A DNA stretch of 64,000 nucleotides from an uncultured Muribaculaceae bacterium. GTDB taxonomy: Bacteria; Bacillota_I; Bacilli_A; RF39; UBA660. How positions within the stretch are numbered: position 1 is the stretch's first letter; every line of letters begins with the position of its first letter. Under the pieces are notes generated by a model. The model searched no databases. It saw nothing but the letters and a program-made list of their open reading frames with translations, and was not told where the DNA came from. The stretch covers positions 58,929 through 122,928 of the forward strand of contig CAYJKH010000002.1 of NCBI GenBank assembly GCA_964371025.1, written 5' to 3'. Of the stretch, positions 9,936 to 19,844 are shown one piece after another. A program made the position numbers and the translations under genes.

Positions 9936-10571
9936 ATGAGATTAAGAAATGTAAAAAACAAAGAAGAAATATTAGCGAAATCTAAATTTCTGTTAGAAAA
10001 TCCAGCAGAATATAAGGGAAAGTTTAAAGAGTTATTTAAAAATGATAATCCTATATATATAGAAATTGGAATGGGTAAAGGTAAGTTTATAATAGAGCAT
10101 GCAAAAAAATATCCAAATATAAATTTTATTGGTATTGAAAAATATGATAGTATATTAGCAAGAAGTTTACCGAAAATTGATAGTGATTTAAATAATTTAT
10201 ATATCATTAGAATGGATGCTAATAATATAGAAGAAGTATTTGAACAAGAAATTGATTTAATATTTTTAAATCACTCTGATCCATGGCCTAAAGATAGACA
10301 TGAAAAAAGAAGACTTACAAGTTCGAATTTTTTAAGTAAGTATGATAGTATTTTTAAAGCTGATAAAATTATAAAAATGAGAACAGACAATAAAGAATTA
10401 TTTAGATATTCATTAGTTAGCTTTAGTAATTATGGATATATACTGGAATCTATAAACTTAGATTTACACAATGAAGATAAAAAAACAATATCAACGGAAT
10501 ATGAGGATAAATTTTCAGCACTAGGGATGCCTATATATAATGTGGTAGTTAAAAAAACTAGTGTTAAATAA
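9936..10571 (+). CDS. trmB: tRNA (guanine-N7)-methyltransferase
   Basis: IEIGMGKGKF SAM motif and FLNHSDPWPKDRHEKRRL. Confidence 0.9.
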   Translation: MRLRNVKNKEEILAKSKFLLENPAEYKGKFKELFKNDNPIYIEIGMGKGKFIIEHAKKYPNINFIGIEKYDSILARSLPKIDSDLNNLYIIRMDANNIEEVFEQEIDLIFLNHSDPWPKDRHEKRRLTSSNFLSKYDSIFKADKIIKMRTDNKELFRYSLVSFSNYGYILESINLDLHNEDKKTISTEYEDKFSALGMPIYNVVVKKTSVK

Positions 10572-10639
10572 CGTAAAACATTATAAAATTATTTTAAAAC
10601 TTAAAATAATTTGTTATAATGTAGAAGAGTAGGTGAATT

Positions 10640-11311
10640 ATGAAGAAAACGTATGTTTTACTTATACTGGGATGTCTATTAATAACAGGATGTTCAATTA
10701 CTCCTTTTAGTAATGATGATATTAGTAAAAATATTAGTATTATTATGGATAATAATCAAAGTTTATCTAATGTTCATTTTGAAGGTTATGATTATTATGT
10801 TCCAAGTGGAGTTAAAATTTTAAATAAAGAGGAATATAATGCTGAATTTATGGATATGAGTAATAATAAATATTATTTATATGTTGATATAATTGGGTAT
10901 TATCATGATGCTGAGTTTATTAAATTAGAAAAAACTAATTCATATTTTTATGAAGAATTTGATACAAAAGAAAATAAAGGTTATATAAATATAACAAAAC
11001 AAAATAATAATTATTATATAGATTTTGTTTTAAATCATGCTAAAATAGAAGCAATAGTAAAAGAAGAATCACTAGTAAATGCAGTTAATAATATTACTTA
11101 TATATTAAAAACAATTACATATAATGATAAAGTTTTAGATAGTTTAATTGGAGAAAATGCTCTTAATTATACAGGAGAAACATTTAATTTATTTGAAACT
11201 AAAGCTAATAAAGAAGACTTTTTAGAATATATCGAAGAATATGATAAGTATGAAGACACGGAAGGGATTTTACCTGATGAAGACAATGTTGAATTAGGTG
11301 AGAGTGAGTAA
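10640..11311 (+). CDS. lipoprotein (hypothetical)
   Basis: Signal peptide with lipobox LITGCS. Confidence 0.6.
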   Translation: MKKTYVLLILGCLLITGCSITPFSNDDISKNISIIMDNNQSLSNVHFEGYDYYVPSGVKILNKEEYNAEFMDMSNNKYYLYVDIIGYYHDAEFIKLEKTNSYFYEEFDTKENKGYINITKQNNNYYIDFVLNHAKIEAIVKEESLVNAVNNITYILKTITYNDKVLDSLIGENALNYTGETFNLFETKANKEDFLEYIEEYDKYEDTEGILPDEDNVELGESE

Positions 11312-11321
11312 AGGTGAATAA

Positions 11322-12299
11322 ATGAAACTTTTAGATAAAATTAAAAATACACTATTTGAAGAAGAAGAAACTTTTGAAATCGACGAACCAATTAGAAAGC
11401 CAGTTCGTAAAGAAAAAAAGCAGGTGGAAAAAGAAAGTCCCATTGCAAAAAAAGTTAAGGTTAAAGAAACTGAAGAACCATTCAATTTAGATGAAGAATT
11501 AGAACAAGATTTTGATGAAAGTTATATTGATATTCAGGATTCTTTTGAAAAAGTAAAAGAAGTAGAACCTCAGACACAACAGCCATTATACATAAAAGAT
11601 GATACTTTTGATATTCCAGTAGTTAATTCAAGAAAAAACCGTGTTGATAAATATGAAGATAATAGTTTTGAAGAACCAAAATTAATAAAACTAGAAGAAA
11701 GTTATAAAAAGCCTGAACCAAAAAGCAATATATATCAAGAGGAAAAGCAACCTTATGGGATGAAAGAAGAAGTTGTTATAAAAGGAGCATATGAGAAAAA
11801 AGAAGAAAAGAAATCTTTTAAACCATCTCCTGTGATTTCTCCAATCCATGGAATACTAGATAAAGATTATAAAAGAGAAGATATTATACCAAAAAGAGAA
11901 GTTAGAATAACATCTCGTTTTGAAAAAGAAAAACTATCACTAGAAGATGTTAGACAAAAAGCTTTTGGTAAAGAAGAAATTAGTACTACATATAGTGATA
12001 ATAGTTTGGTAGAAGATACTCCTTTTAAAATTGAAAGAGAAGAAAGTGTTGTTGATTTAAATAGTCAGGATGCTGTAGAAGTTAAAGAAGTAACTGTTGG
12101 AGATGCAATGGAATACTTTGAAGATTTAGGATTAGAATATAATGTAGACTACAAAGATGCTACAAAAACAAAGTCTCGTGTTAAAGAAGATGTTGAATAC
12201 AAAAAAGTAGAAGAAGTAAAACCGGATGAAACAAAAGAAGAAAAAAGTAATTTGTTTGATTTACTTGAGTCAGTAGATTCAATGTATGATAAAGAATAA
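11322..12299 (+). CDS. acidic K/E-rich low-complexity protein (hypothetical)
   Basis: Good RBS. Long open frame with charged repeats. Confidence 0.5.
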   Translation: MKLLDKIKNTLFEEEETFEIDEPIRKPVRKEKKQVEKESPIAKKVKVKETEEPFNLDEELEQDFDESYIDIQDSFEKVKEVEPQTQQPLYIKDDTFDIPVVNSRKNRVDKYEDNSFEEPKLIKLEESYKKPEPKSNIYQEEKQPYGMKEEVVIKGAYEKKEEKKSFKPSPVISPIHGILDKDYKREDIIPKREVRITSRFEKEKLSLEDVRQKAFGKEEISTTYSDNSLVEDTPFKIEREESVVDLNSQDAVEVKEVTVGDAMEYFEDLGLEYNVDYKDATKTKSRVKEDVEYKKVEEVKPDETKEEKSNLFDLLESVDSMYDKE

Positions 12300-12313
12300 T
12301 AAGGAGATATAAT

Positions 12314-12586
12314 ATGGAAGAAGTTACACAAGTATTATCAATATTAACTTATGCCTTTGGGATAATATTATTAATTGCTTTAATAATATTAGTTATTAGA
12401 TCTATTCAAACTCTTAACAAAGTTGATAAAATAATTGATGATGTTGATAATAAAATTAAATCGCTTGATGGATTTTTTGTTACGCTAGATAAAGCTAATA
12501 ATATAATTTATCGTATAAGTGATCAAATAATTAGTGCTATAACTAACTTTATAGTAAATATATTTGAGAAGAAAAAGGAGAAATAG
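12314..12586 (+). CDS. DUF948-like small membrane protein (YtxG-like)
   Basis: N-terminal TM followed by a coiled helix. Precedes a YtxH-like gene as in Bacillus ytxGHJ. Confidence 0.5.
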   Translation: MEEVTQVLSILTYAFGIILLIALIILVIRSIQTLNKVDKIIDDVDNKIKSLDGFFVTLDKANNIIYRISDQIISAITNFIVNIFEKKKEK

Positions 12587-12587
12587 G

Positions 12588-12995
12588 ATGGAAAAAAAAT
12601 CATTAGGAAAATTTTTAGCAGGAGCATTAGTTGGGGTTGGAATCGGAATGTTATTTGCCCCTAAAAAAGGTAGTGAATTAAGACAAGATTTAAAAGTGAA
12701 AATGACAGATTTAATAGAACAAGTAAAAGAAATTGATTACAAGGAAGTGCGCGATAATATAACACAAAAGATCAATGAGTTAAAAAAAGAAATTGAAGAG
12801 TTAGATAAAGAAAAAACTTTAGAGTTAGCAAAAGGTGCTGGTGAAAAAATCAAAGTGAAAGCCAATGAATTAGTAGAATATACTAAAGAAAAAGGAACAC
12901 CAGTATTAGAAAAAACAGCAGAAGAAATTCGTAAAAGAGCACTAGCAGTATCTAAAGAAGCTGTTGCAAAATTAGAAGCAGCCGAAAAAAAATAA
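12588..12995 (+). CDS. YtxH-like general stress protein
   Basis: MEKKSLGKFLAGALVGVGIGMLFAPKKGSELRQDL N-terminus. RBS AAGGAGAAATAGG. The track ORF starts earlier at 12564, but ATG 12588 has the RBS. Confidence 0.6.
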   Translation: MEKKSLGKFLAGALVGVGIGMLFAPKKGSELRQDLKVKMTDLIEQVKEIDYKEVRDNITQKINELKKEIEELDKEKTLELAKGAGEKIKVKANELVEYTKEKGTPVLEKTAEEIRKRALAVSKEAVAKLEAAEKK

Positions 12996-13073
12996 TTGTA
13001 TTATAAATATTAATATGATATTATAATTTTATTATTTTCAATGATTAATAAATTAGTAGTAGTAAATAATTAT

Positions 13074-13240
13074 TTCAGAGACTTAGTGGTTGGTGAAAAC
13101 TAAGTAATTATTTACATATGAATTACATTATTAAGAGAAAATCGTTAACTGCGTTAAAGTTTTAAGATAAGTAAATTACTTATGAATTAAGGTGGTACCA
13201 CGAATTATTCGTCCTTATAGGATGGGTAATTTTTTTATTA
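13074..13240 (+). promoter_or_regulatory. T-box riboswitch leader (tyrosine specifier UAC candidate) upstream of tyrS
   Basis: T-box core AAGGTGGTACCACGAAT at 13188-13204, followed by a terminator hairpin and T run. UUUACAU present in the candidate specifier region. Confidence 0.75.
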
Positions 13241-13252
13241 GGAGGAGATTAT

Positions 13253-14488
13253 ATGAAATTTTTTGATGAATTAAAATGGAGAGGGTTAGTAAAAGATTGT
13301 GCAGGAAGTGATCTTGAAAGTAAAATAAATGATGAGAAAATAACTTTTTATTGGGGAACAGACCCAACAGCAGATAGCTTACATTTAGGACATTACTCAT
13401 CACTTTTAACTGCTATGAGACTAGCGAAGCATGGACATAATCCAATTTTATTATGTGGAGGAGCTACAGGTTTAATTGGAGATCCAAGACCAACTGAAGA
13501 AAGAGAAATCTTAACAAAAGAAGAATTAAATCATAATTTAGAATCAATAAAAAAACAAGTTACTAATATATTTAAAGGATTAGATGTAGAAGTTGTTAAT
13601 AATTACGATTGGTTTAAAGGATATGAATTTACAGAAGTATTAAGAGATGTTGGTAAATATATAAATGTTAATTATATGTTAGATAAAGATATTATAAAAA
13701 GAAGATTATCTACAGGTATTACTTTTGCAGAATTTGCTTATACATTAATTCAAGGGTATGATTTTTTACATTTATATGAAAAGAAAAACTGTATTATGCA
13801 AGTGGAAGGTTCTGATCAATGGGGAAACATTACAACTGGATTGGAATTAATTAGAAAAAAACTTAATAAAGAAGCATATGCATTTACAATGCCACTTGTT
13901 TTAGATAATAACGGAGTTAAATTTGGAAAATCATTAGGTAATGCTTTATGGTTAGATATAAATAAAACATCAACTTATGAAATGTATCAATATTTAATTA
14001 ATTCAGATGATTCTAAAGTTATTGATTATGTGAAAATATTTACATTCTTATCTGTTGATGAAATATTAGAATTAGAAAAAGAACATTTAGAAAAACCTGA
14101 ATTAAGAAAAGCGCAAAAAGTTTTAGCAGAAAGTATAATTGTTGGACTACATGGTCAAGAAAAATATAATGAAGCAGTAAAAATAAGTGAAACTTTATTT
14201 AATGGAAATTTTAAAGAACTAACTGATGAAGAATTAGAAATAGCAATTAAGGGTATGAATATTCATGAATTAAAAGATGCTAAAAGTATTGTAGATGTTT
14301 TAACTGAATTTAATATATGTAGTAGCAAAAGAGAAGCTCGAGAATTTATTAATAATTCATCTATTACTATTAATGGTGATAAAGTTACCTCACTTGATTT
14401 AGAAATTAACAAAGAATTAACTTTAAATAATAAGTATGTTATTATTAGACGTGGTAAAAAAAGATATTATATAATTACTTTTAATTAA
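13253..14488 (+). CDS. tyrS: tyrosyl-tRNA synthetase
   Basis: HIGH motif SLHLGHY, KFGKS (KMSKS) motif, C-terminal S4 domain. Confidence 0.95.
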   Translation: MKFFDELKWRGLVKDCAGSDLESKINDEKITFYWGTDPTADSLHLGHYSSLLTAMRLAKHGHNPILLCGGATGLIGDPRPTEEREILTKEELNHNLESIKKQVTNIFKGLDVEVVNNYDWFKGYEFTEVLRDVGKYINVNYMLDKDIIKRRLSTGITFAEFAYTLIQGYDFLHLYEKKNCIMQVEGSDQWGNITTGLELIRKKLNKEAYAFTMPLVLDNNGVKFGKSLGNALWLDINKTSTYEMYQYLINSDDSKVIDYVKIFTFLSVDEILELEKEHLEKPELRKAQKVLAESIIVGLHGQEKYNEAVKISETLFNGNFKELTDEELEIAIKGMNIHELKDAKSIVDVLTEFNICSSKREAREFINNSSITINGDKVTSLDLEINKELTLNNKYVIIRRGKKRYYIITFN

Positions 14489-14546
14489 TATTTTACATTT
14501 AAAAAATATAGTGTATAATTATTATTATAAGATAGGGTGATTAAAT

Positions 14547-15194
14547 GTGAAAAAGTTTATTAACTTAAAATTTATTATTGTTATGACTTTAACATTATTA
14601 ATATGTTTAATTGGAGGAACATATGCTTTTGCCAGTATAGATATATTTGCTCCTAATAAGAATGTGATAGTTTCTGGAAATGTTAATATAGAGGTAGTTG
14701 AATCAGGAGACTTTCTTAAAGAAGATTTATTACCAGGAGAAGAAACTACTAGTTCAATTTATAATGTAGATATAAAAAACACTGGGAGTGTTGATATAAA
14801 GTTAGATTTAAAACTATTACAAAAAAATGCTGAGTTATATATTCCAAAGGAACAAGTTATATATAAGTTAGAGTATATAACATATCCTACAGCTAATAAT
14901 CCTTTTGATAACCCAGACTATAATCCCGTATTTCAAGTTACATCAGGTAACTTAGGAACGGTTTATAACAGTAACTATGTTAGTCCAGAAGGAAAAACAT
15001 CATTATTACAAGATAGTGATGGGACTAATTTTAATGCATATTATAGTGTTTTAGATAATACTATTTTGAAAAAAAATGAAACAATGAGAGTTCAACTAAA
15101 TTTTACATATGATTTATCAACTACAGTAGAGGATGTTCAAAATGTTACTGATGAATTTGCTGTGAAAATGTTGGTGGATGCAAGTAATATATAG
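14547..15194 (+). CDS. TasA/camelysin-family secreted protein with SipW-cognate type signal peptide
   Basis: GTG start. Signal ...LIGGTYAFASIDIF then beta-rich body, resembling the TasA/CalY N-terminal GGTFAFF signature. Confidence 0.6.
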   Translation: MKKFINLKFIIVMTLTLLICLIGGTYAFASIDIFAPNKNVIVSGNVNIEVVESGDFLKEDLLPGEETTSSIYNVDIKNTGSVDIKLDLKLLQKNAELYIPKEQVIYKLEYITYPTANNPFDNPDYNPVFQVTSGNLGTVYNSNYVSPEGKTSLLQDSDGTNFNAYYSVLDNTILKKNETMRVQLNFTYDLSTTVEDVQNVTDEFAVKMLVDASNI

Positions 15195-15269
15195 TGTATA
15201 AGAGAAAGATTTTCTTTCTTTTTTTTACGAAGTAAATAATTTATGATAAAATATATATAGGAGAGTGAT

Positions 15270-16496
15270 TTGGTGACAGATAAACAAAAAAAAGTAGTAA
15301 AATTTATAATAATAGGATTATCTATTATTTTAGTAATAAATATAGGAATATTAATATATTTATATTTCTTTAAAAATAATAATGAAAATATAATTGATGG
15401 AATTAACTCCATTGTATATGAAGACAATAAATATATATCAGCGGGAAGTAGTAATTTAAATGATGAAGGTTATGAAAAAGCTAAAATTTCTATGTATGAT
15501 AAAGATAGGGAAAAAGAATGGGAAAAGGTATTTACAACAGGAATAAATAGTACTTTTTATGATGTCATTGTTGATGATACTGGTATTATAGCAGTAGGTA
15601 GTTATGAAGAAAGTGAAGAAGACTTAGAAGATAATTTAAGAAGTGGTTTACTAGTTAAGTATGATAGTGATGGCAATTTATTATTTAATAAAACTTTTCA
15701 AATTTTAGGTAATTCTAAATTAACAAAAATTATAAGTATAAATGATGGTTATTTAGTTACTGGTCAAAGTATTTATGAAAATTCAACTTTAGGACTATCA
15801 ACAGATGGAGGAGCATTTTTATTAAAATATAGTAAAGATGGAGATTTATTATGGCAAACTAATTACGGTGGTAGTAAGTCAGGAGTATTTAATGACTTAG
15901 TTGTTTATAAAAATCATATATATGTAGTAGGAAAAGATTATTCAAGAGTTGGAATAATTGCTAAGTATACAATGGAAGGAAAACAAGTAAAAGTTGAAGA
16001 ATATAATTTTACAGATACAATTGGATTTACTGCTATTAAAGAATTAGATGGTGACTTAGTAGTAGCAGGAGCTAAAAAAGTAGTAGAAGATGAAAATGAT
16101 TATGATACTGATGGGTTATTATTAAAATATGATACTAACTTAAAAAAGCTTGAAGAGAAAGTTTATCGAGGAAAAGGGATTGAAAGATTCAACCAATTAG
16201 AAATAGATCAAGATAATAATATTGTGGTTATTGGAACAACGGGTATTTATAATAAAAAAGAATCAAATGATTCATATAATGTATTTAATTATAATGGAAT
16301 AATAGCTAAATATGAAGATGATTTTGATGATATAAAAGTAGAAGAATATAGTCATGAAAAAAACAATCACTTTACTGATATAGTGATTGTTAAAGATAAT
16401 TATATAGTAACAGGATATTCAGAGATTAATGATGAAGAGTACTTATCAAAAATAATCGAATATTCTTCTGCTTTAAAAATATTAGAGTCAAAATAA
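15270..16496 (+). CDS. membrane-anchored SBBP beta-propeller repeat protein
   Basis: N-terminal TM. Five to six repeats of about 50 aa, e.g. LLVKYDSDGNLLFNKTF / FLLKYSKDGDLLWQTNYGG / IIAKYTMEGK. Confidence 0.6.
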   Translation: MVTDKQKKVVKFIIIGLSIILVINIGILIYLYFFKNNNENIIDGINSIVYEDNKYISAGSSNLNDEGYEKAKISMYDKDREKEWEKVFTTGINSTFYDVIVDDTGIIAVGSYEESEEDLEDNLRSGLLVKYDSDGNLLFNKTFQILGNSKLTKIISINDGYLVTGQSIYENSTLGLSTDGGAFLLKYSKDGDLLWQTNYGGSKSGVFNDLVVYKNHIYVVGKDYSRVGIIAKYTMEGKQVKVEEYNFTDTIGFTAIKELDGDLVVAGAKKVVEDENDYDTDGLLLKYDTNLKKLEEKVYRGKGIERFNQLEIDQDNNIVVIGTTGIYNKKESNDSYNVFNYNGIIAKYEDDFDDIKVEEYSHEKNNHFTDIVIVKDNYIVTGYSEINDEEYLSKIIEYSSALKILESK

Positions 16497-16526
16497 AAGT
16501 ATACATAAAAATGTATACTTTTTTAA
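16497..16526. terminator. bidirectional terminator between convergent genes
   Basis: AAGTATACAT-aaaa-ATGTATACTT palindrome with flanking T/A runs. Confidence 0.7.
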
Positions 16527-16540
16527 TAATAGTTTATTTA

Positions 16541-17143
16541 CTATTTGTTATAGTACTCAACGATTAATGATTCATTAATATCAGCATTAAGTTCGCTTCT
16601 TTCTGGAAGTCTAACAAAAGTACCTTCTTTATTACTTTCATTATAAGTAATAAATTCAACTCTTTTTAGAACTTTAGATAAAGCTTCGTTAACAACTTTT
16701 AAATCCATATCTTTTTCTTTTAAAGAAATTACATCGTTAGGACTAACTCTGTATGATGGAATATCAACTTTTTTACCATTAACTGTAACATGTCCATGGT
16801 TAACTAATTGTCTAGCTCCACGACGAGTTGATGCAAATCCAATTCTGTAAACTACATTATCTAATCTACGTTCAAGAAGTTTTAAAAAGTTTTCCCCGTG
16901 GATACCTTTAATTTTTCCTGCTTCATCAAATGTTTTTTTGAATTGTCTTTCTGTAACTCCATACATAAAACGTACTTTTTGTTTTTCTTTAAGTTGTACA
17001 CCGTAAGCTGACAATCTTCTCTTACGTGCATTACCGTGTTGACCTGGACCATAAGGACGACGAGCTAATTCTTTACCAGTTTCAGTAGTAGAAAATCCAA
17101 CACGACGAGCTCTTTTGTATTCAGAACCTGTATATCTAGCCAT
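16541..17143 (-). CDS. rpsD: 30S ribosomal protein S4
   Basis: MARYTGSEYKRARR N-terminus, 200 aa. Confidence 0.97.
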   Translation of the reverse strand: MARYTGSEYKRARRVGFSTTETGKELARRPYGPGQHGNARKRRLSAYGVQLKEKQKVRFMYGVTERQFKKTFDEAGKIKGIHGENFLKLLERRLDNVVYRIGFASTRRGARQLVNHGHVTVNGKKVDIPSYRVSPNDVISLKEKDMDLKVVNEALSKVLKRVEFITYNESNKEGTFVRLPERSELNADINESLIVEYYNK

Positions 17144-17410
17144 ATATTATTCTCCTCTCATAGCTATATTTGACATATAACTTAGTGATTTAGCCATACC
17201 TTAGGGAGTTCCTCTTTCACATTAACAGCAATAGTTACTATTTATATGAGAAACACTTTAAAATATTCTAAATCAGCTGTTTCAAGAAATATGCAGTATT
17301 ATTATATAAAATATATAGGTAAATGTCAATAAATACTAAGGATTATACTATTAAAACTAGATATTATAGTATTAATATGTTAAAATATTCGTGCAAAGGA
17401 GATTATATAT

Positions 17411-18598
17411 ATGGATCAAGTTATATTAATTAAATACGGAGAATTAACAACAAAAAAAGGGAATCGTAAATTTTTTATAAATACCTTACATAATAATATT
17501 AAAAATAAATTATCTAATTATGAAATTAAAATTAATAAAGAACATTCTAGAATGTATATATTTTTTAAAGGAGAAGATTTAGATAATATCATTAATGATA
17601 TAGGAGACATTTTTGGGATACATATGTATCATGTAGCTACAGTTGTTCCAAGTGAAGAAGAAAAAATAAATGAAAAAGTATTAGAAATAGCAAAAGATAC
17701 TAAATTTAATACTTTTAAAATTGAAACTAAAAGAAGTGATAAAAAGTTTCCAATTGCTAGCATGGATTTTAGTCGTAACTTAGGGGGAGTATTATTAAAA
17801 AATATTAATAATATAAAAGTAGAAGTAATTAATCCGGAAGTTTTAATTAAAGTAGAAATTAGAGAAGAAAATACATATATATATACTGAAAATTATAAGG
17901 GGATTGGTGGATATCCAGTTGGAACTCAACCGAAAGGATTATTAATGTTAAGTGGTGGAATTGATTCACCAGTAGCAGGGTATTTAACTTTAAAAAGAGG
18001 AGTAACAGTAGAAGCTGTTTATTTTGAAGCATTACCTCATACTAGTTTAAATGCTCGAAATAAAGTAATTAAGTTAAGTGAAAAATTAAAAAAATATGCT
18101 CCTAAATTTAAACTTCATGTAGTTAATTTCACACCTATTCAAGAAGAAATATATCAAAAATGCAATGAAACATATTGTATTACTATTATGAGAAGAATGA
18201 TGTATCGAATAATGGAAGAAATAGCGAAACGTGAAAAAGGATTTGTAATTATAAATGGAGAGTCTATTGGACAAGTAGCATCTCAAACTTTAAGTAGTAT
18301 GTCGGTTATAAATGAAGTTACTAGTATGCCAATAATTAGACCGGTATCGTGTTTAGATAAAGTAGAAATTATTGATATAGCTAAAAAAATAGATACATAT
18401 GAAACAAGTATTTTACCATTTGAAGATTGTTGTACAGTATTTGTACCAAAACATCCGGTTATTAATCCAAAATTAGATATAGCTATAAAAGAAGAAGAAA
18501 AAATAGAATATAAAGAGTTAATTGATAAAGCTGTTAATTCAATAAAAGTAATTGATATAAAAACAGAACTAGATAGTGAAATAAAAGATTTACTATAA
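17411..18598 (+). CDS. thiI: tRNA 4-thiouridine synthase
   Basis: THUMP N-terminal region and PP-loop SGGIDSPVAGY. Confidence 0.93.
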   Translation: MDQVILIKYGELTTKKGNRKFFINTLHNNIKNKLSNYEIKINKEHSRMYIFFKGEDLDNIINDIGDIFGIHMYHVATVVPSEEEKINEKVLEIAKDTKFNTFKIETKRSDKKFPIASMDFSRNLGGVLLKNINNIKVEVINPEVLIKVEIREENTYIYTENYKGIGGYPVGTQPKGLLMLSGGIDSPVAGYLTLKRGVTVEAVYFEALPHTSLNARNKVIKLSEKLKKYAPKFKLHVVNFTPIQEEIYQKCNETYCITIMRRMMYRIMEEIAKREKGFVIINGESIGQVASQTLSSMSVINEVTSMPIIRPVSCLDKVEIIDIAKKIDTYETSILPFEDCCTVFVPKHPVINPKLDIAIKEEEKIEYKELIDKAVNSIKVIDIKTELDSEIKDLL

Positions 18599-18654
18599 TA
18601 CTATTAATAATAGTAGGAATATAGTATAATTAATATAAGAAAAGAGGTATGATT

Positions 18655-19830
18655 ATGAAAATAATGGCAATAAATGCAGGAAGTAGTTCTTTAAAATTTG
18701 GACTTTTCAATATGGAAAATGAATCTTGTATAGCAAGTGGAGTAGCAGAGAGAATCGGATTAGAGGGAGCTAAATTTACACTTAAGTATAGTGATGAAAA
18801 AGTAATTCAAGAAGTAGAATTAAATAATCATACAGATGCTGTTAATATCTTATTAGATAGATTAGTGTCTTTAAATATTATCGAAACACTTTATGATATT
18901 AAAGGGGTAGGACATAGAGCAGTTCATGGGAAAGATAAATATAGTGAGTCAGTTATTATTACTGATGAAGTTATAAAAGATTTAGAAGAATTTAGTGAAT
19001 ACGCACCACTTCATAATCCAGCTAATATTTTAGGAATTAAAGCTTTTAAAGAAGTGTTACCTGATACACCGATGGTTGCCATTTTTGATACAGCTTTTCA
19101 TCAGACAATGGTAAAAGAAACATTCTTATATCCCGTACCGCTAGAATGGTATGAAAACTTCGGGGTTAGAAAATATGGTTTTCATGGAACGAGTCATAGA
19201 TACATTGCTTTAAGAGTAAAAGAACAACTAGGAGAAGAATATAAATTAATATGTTGTCATATAGGAAATGGTGGTTCACTAGCAGCTATTAAAAATTCAA
19301 AGTGTATTGATACAACAATGGGATTTACACCACTAGCAGGAATTATGATGGGAACAAGAAGTGGGGATATAGACCCTTCTATGATTACATATATTATGGA
19401 AAAAGAAGGAATGAGTGCCGGGGAAGTTATTGATCAACTTAATAAAAATAGTGGGCTACTTGGTATGAGTGAAACAAGTAGTGATATGAGAGATATTTTA
19501 ACTGCGTGTGATGAAGAAAATGAAAAAGCAATTATAGCAAGAGATAAATATATTCAAAGAATAGTAGATTATATAGCTCAGTATTATGTATTATTAGGAG
19601 GTGTAGATACAATTGTATTTACAGCAGGAGTTGGAGAAAATAGTACTCCAATTAGAAGGATGATATGTGAAAAATTAGCATGTTTAGGAATTGAAATAGA
19701 CTTAGATAAAAATAACATTAGATCAGAAGAAGTAGTTATAAGTACTAATAATTCAAAAATAAAAGTACAAGTAATTCCAACTGATGAAGAACTAATGATC
19801 GCAAGAGATACATTAAATTTAATTAATTAG
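18655..19830 (+). CDS. ackA: acetate kinase
   Basis: MKIMAINAGSSSLKF N-terminus. RBS AAAGAGG 9 nt upstream of ATG 18655. Confidence 0.93.
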   Translation: MKIMAINAGSSSLKFGLFNMENESCIASGVAERIGLEGAKFTLKYSDEKVIQEVELNNHTDAVNILLDRLVSLNIIETLYDIKGVGHRAVHGKDKYSESVIITDEVIKDLEEFSEYAPLHNPANILGIKAFKEVLPDTPMVAIFDTAFHQTMVKETFLYPVPLEWYENFGVRKYGFHGTSHRYIALRVKEQLGEEYKLICCHIGNGGSLAAIKNSKCIDTTMGFTPLAGIMMGTRSGDIDPSMITYIMEKEGMSAGEVIDQLNKNSGLLGMSETSSDMRDILTACDEENEKAIIARDKYIQRIVDYIAQYYVLLGGVDTIVFTAGVGENSTPIRRMICEKLACLGIEIDLDKNNIRSEEVVISTNNSKIKVQVIPTDEELMIARDTLNLIN

Positions 19831-19844
19831 ATAGGAAAAAGAAA

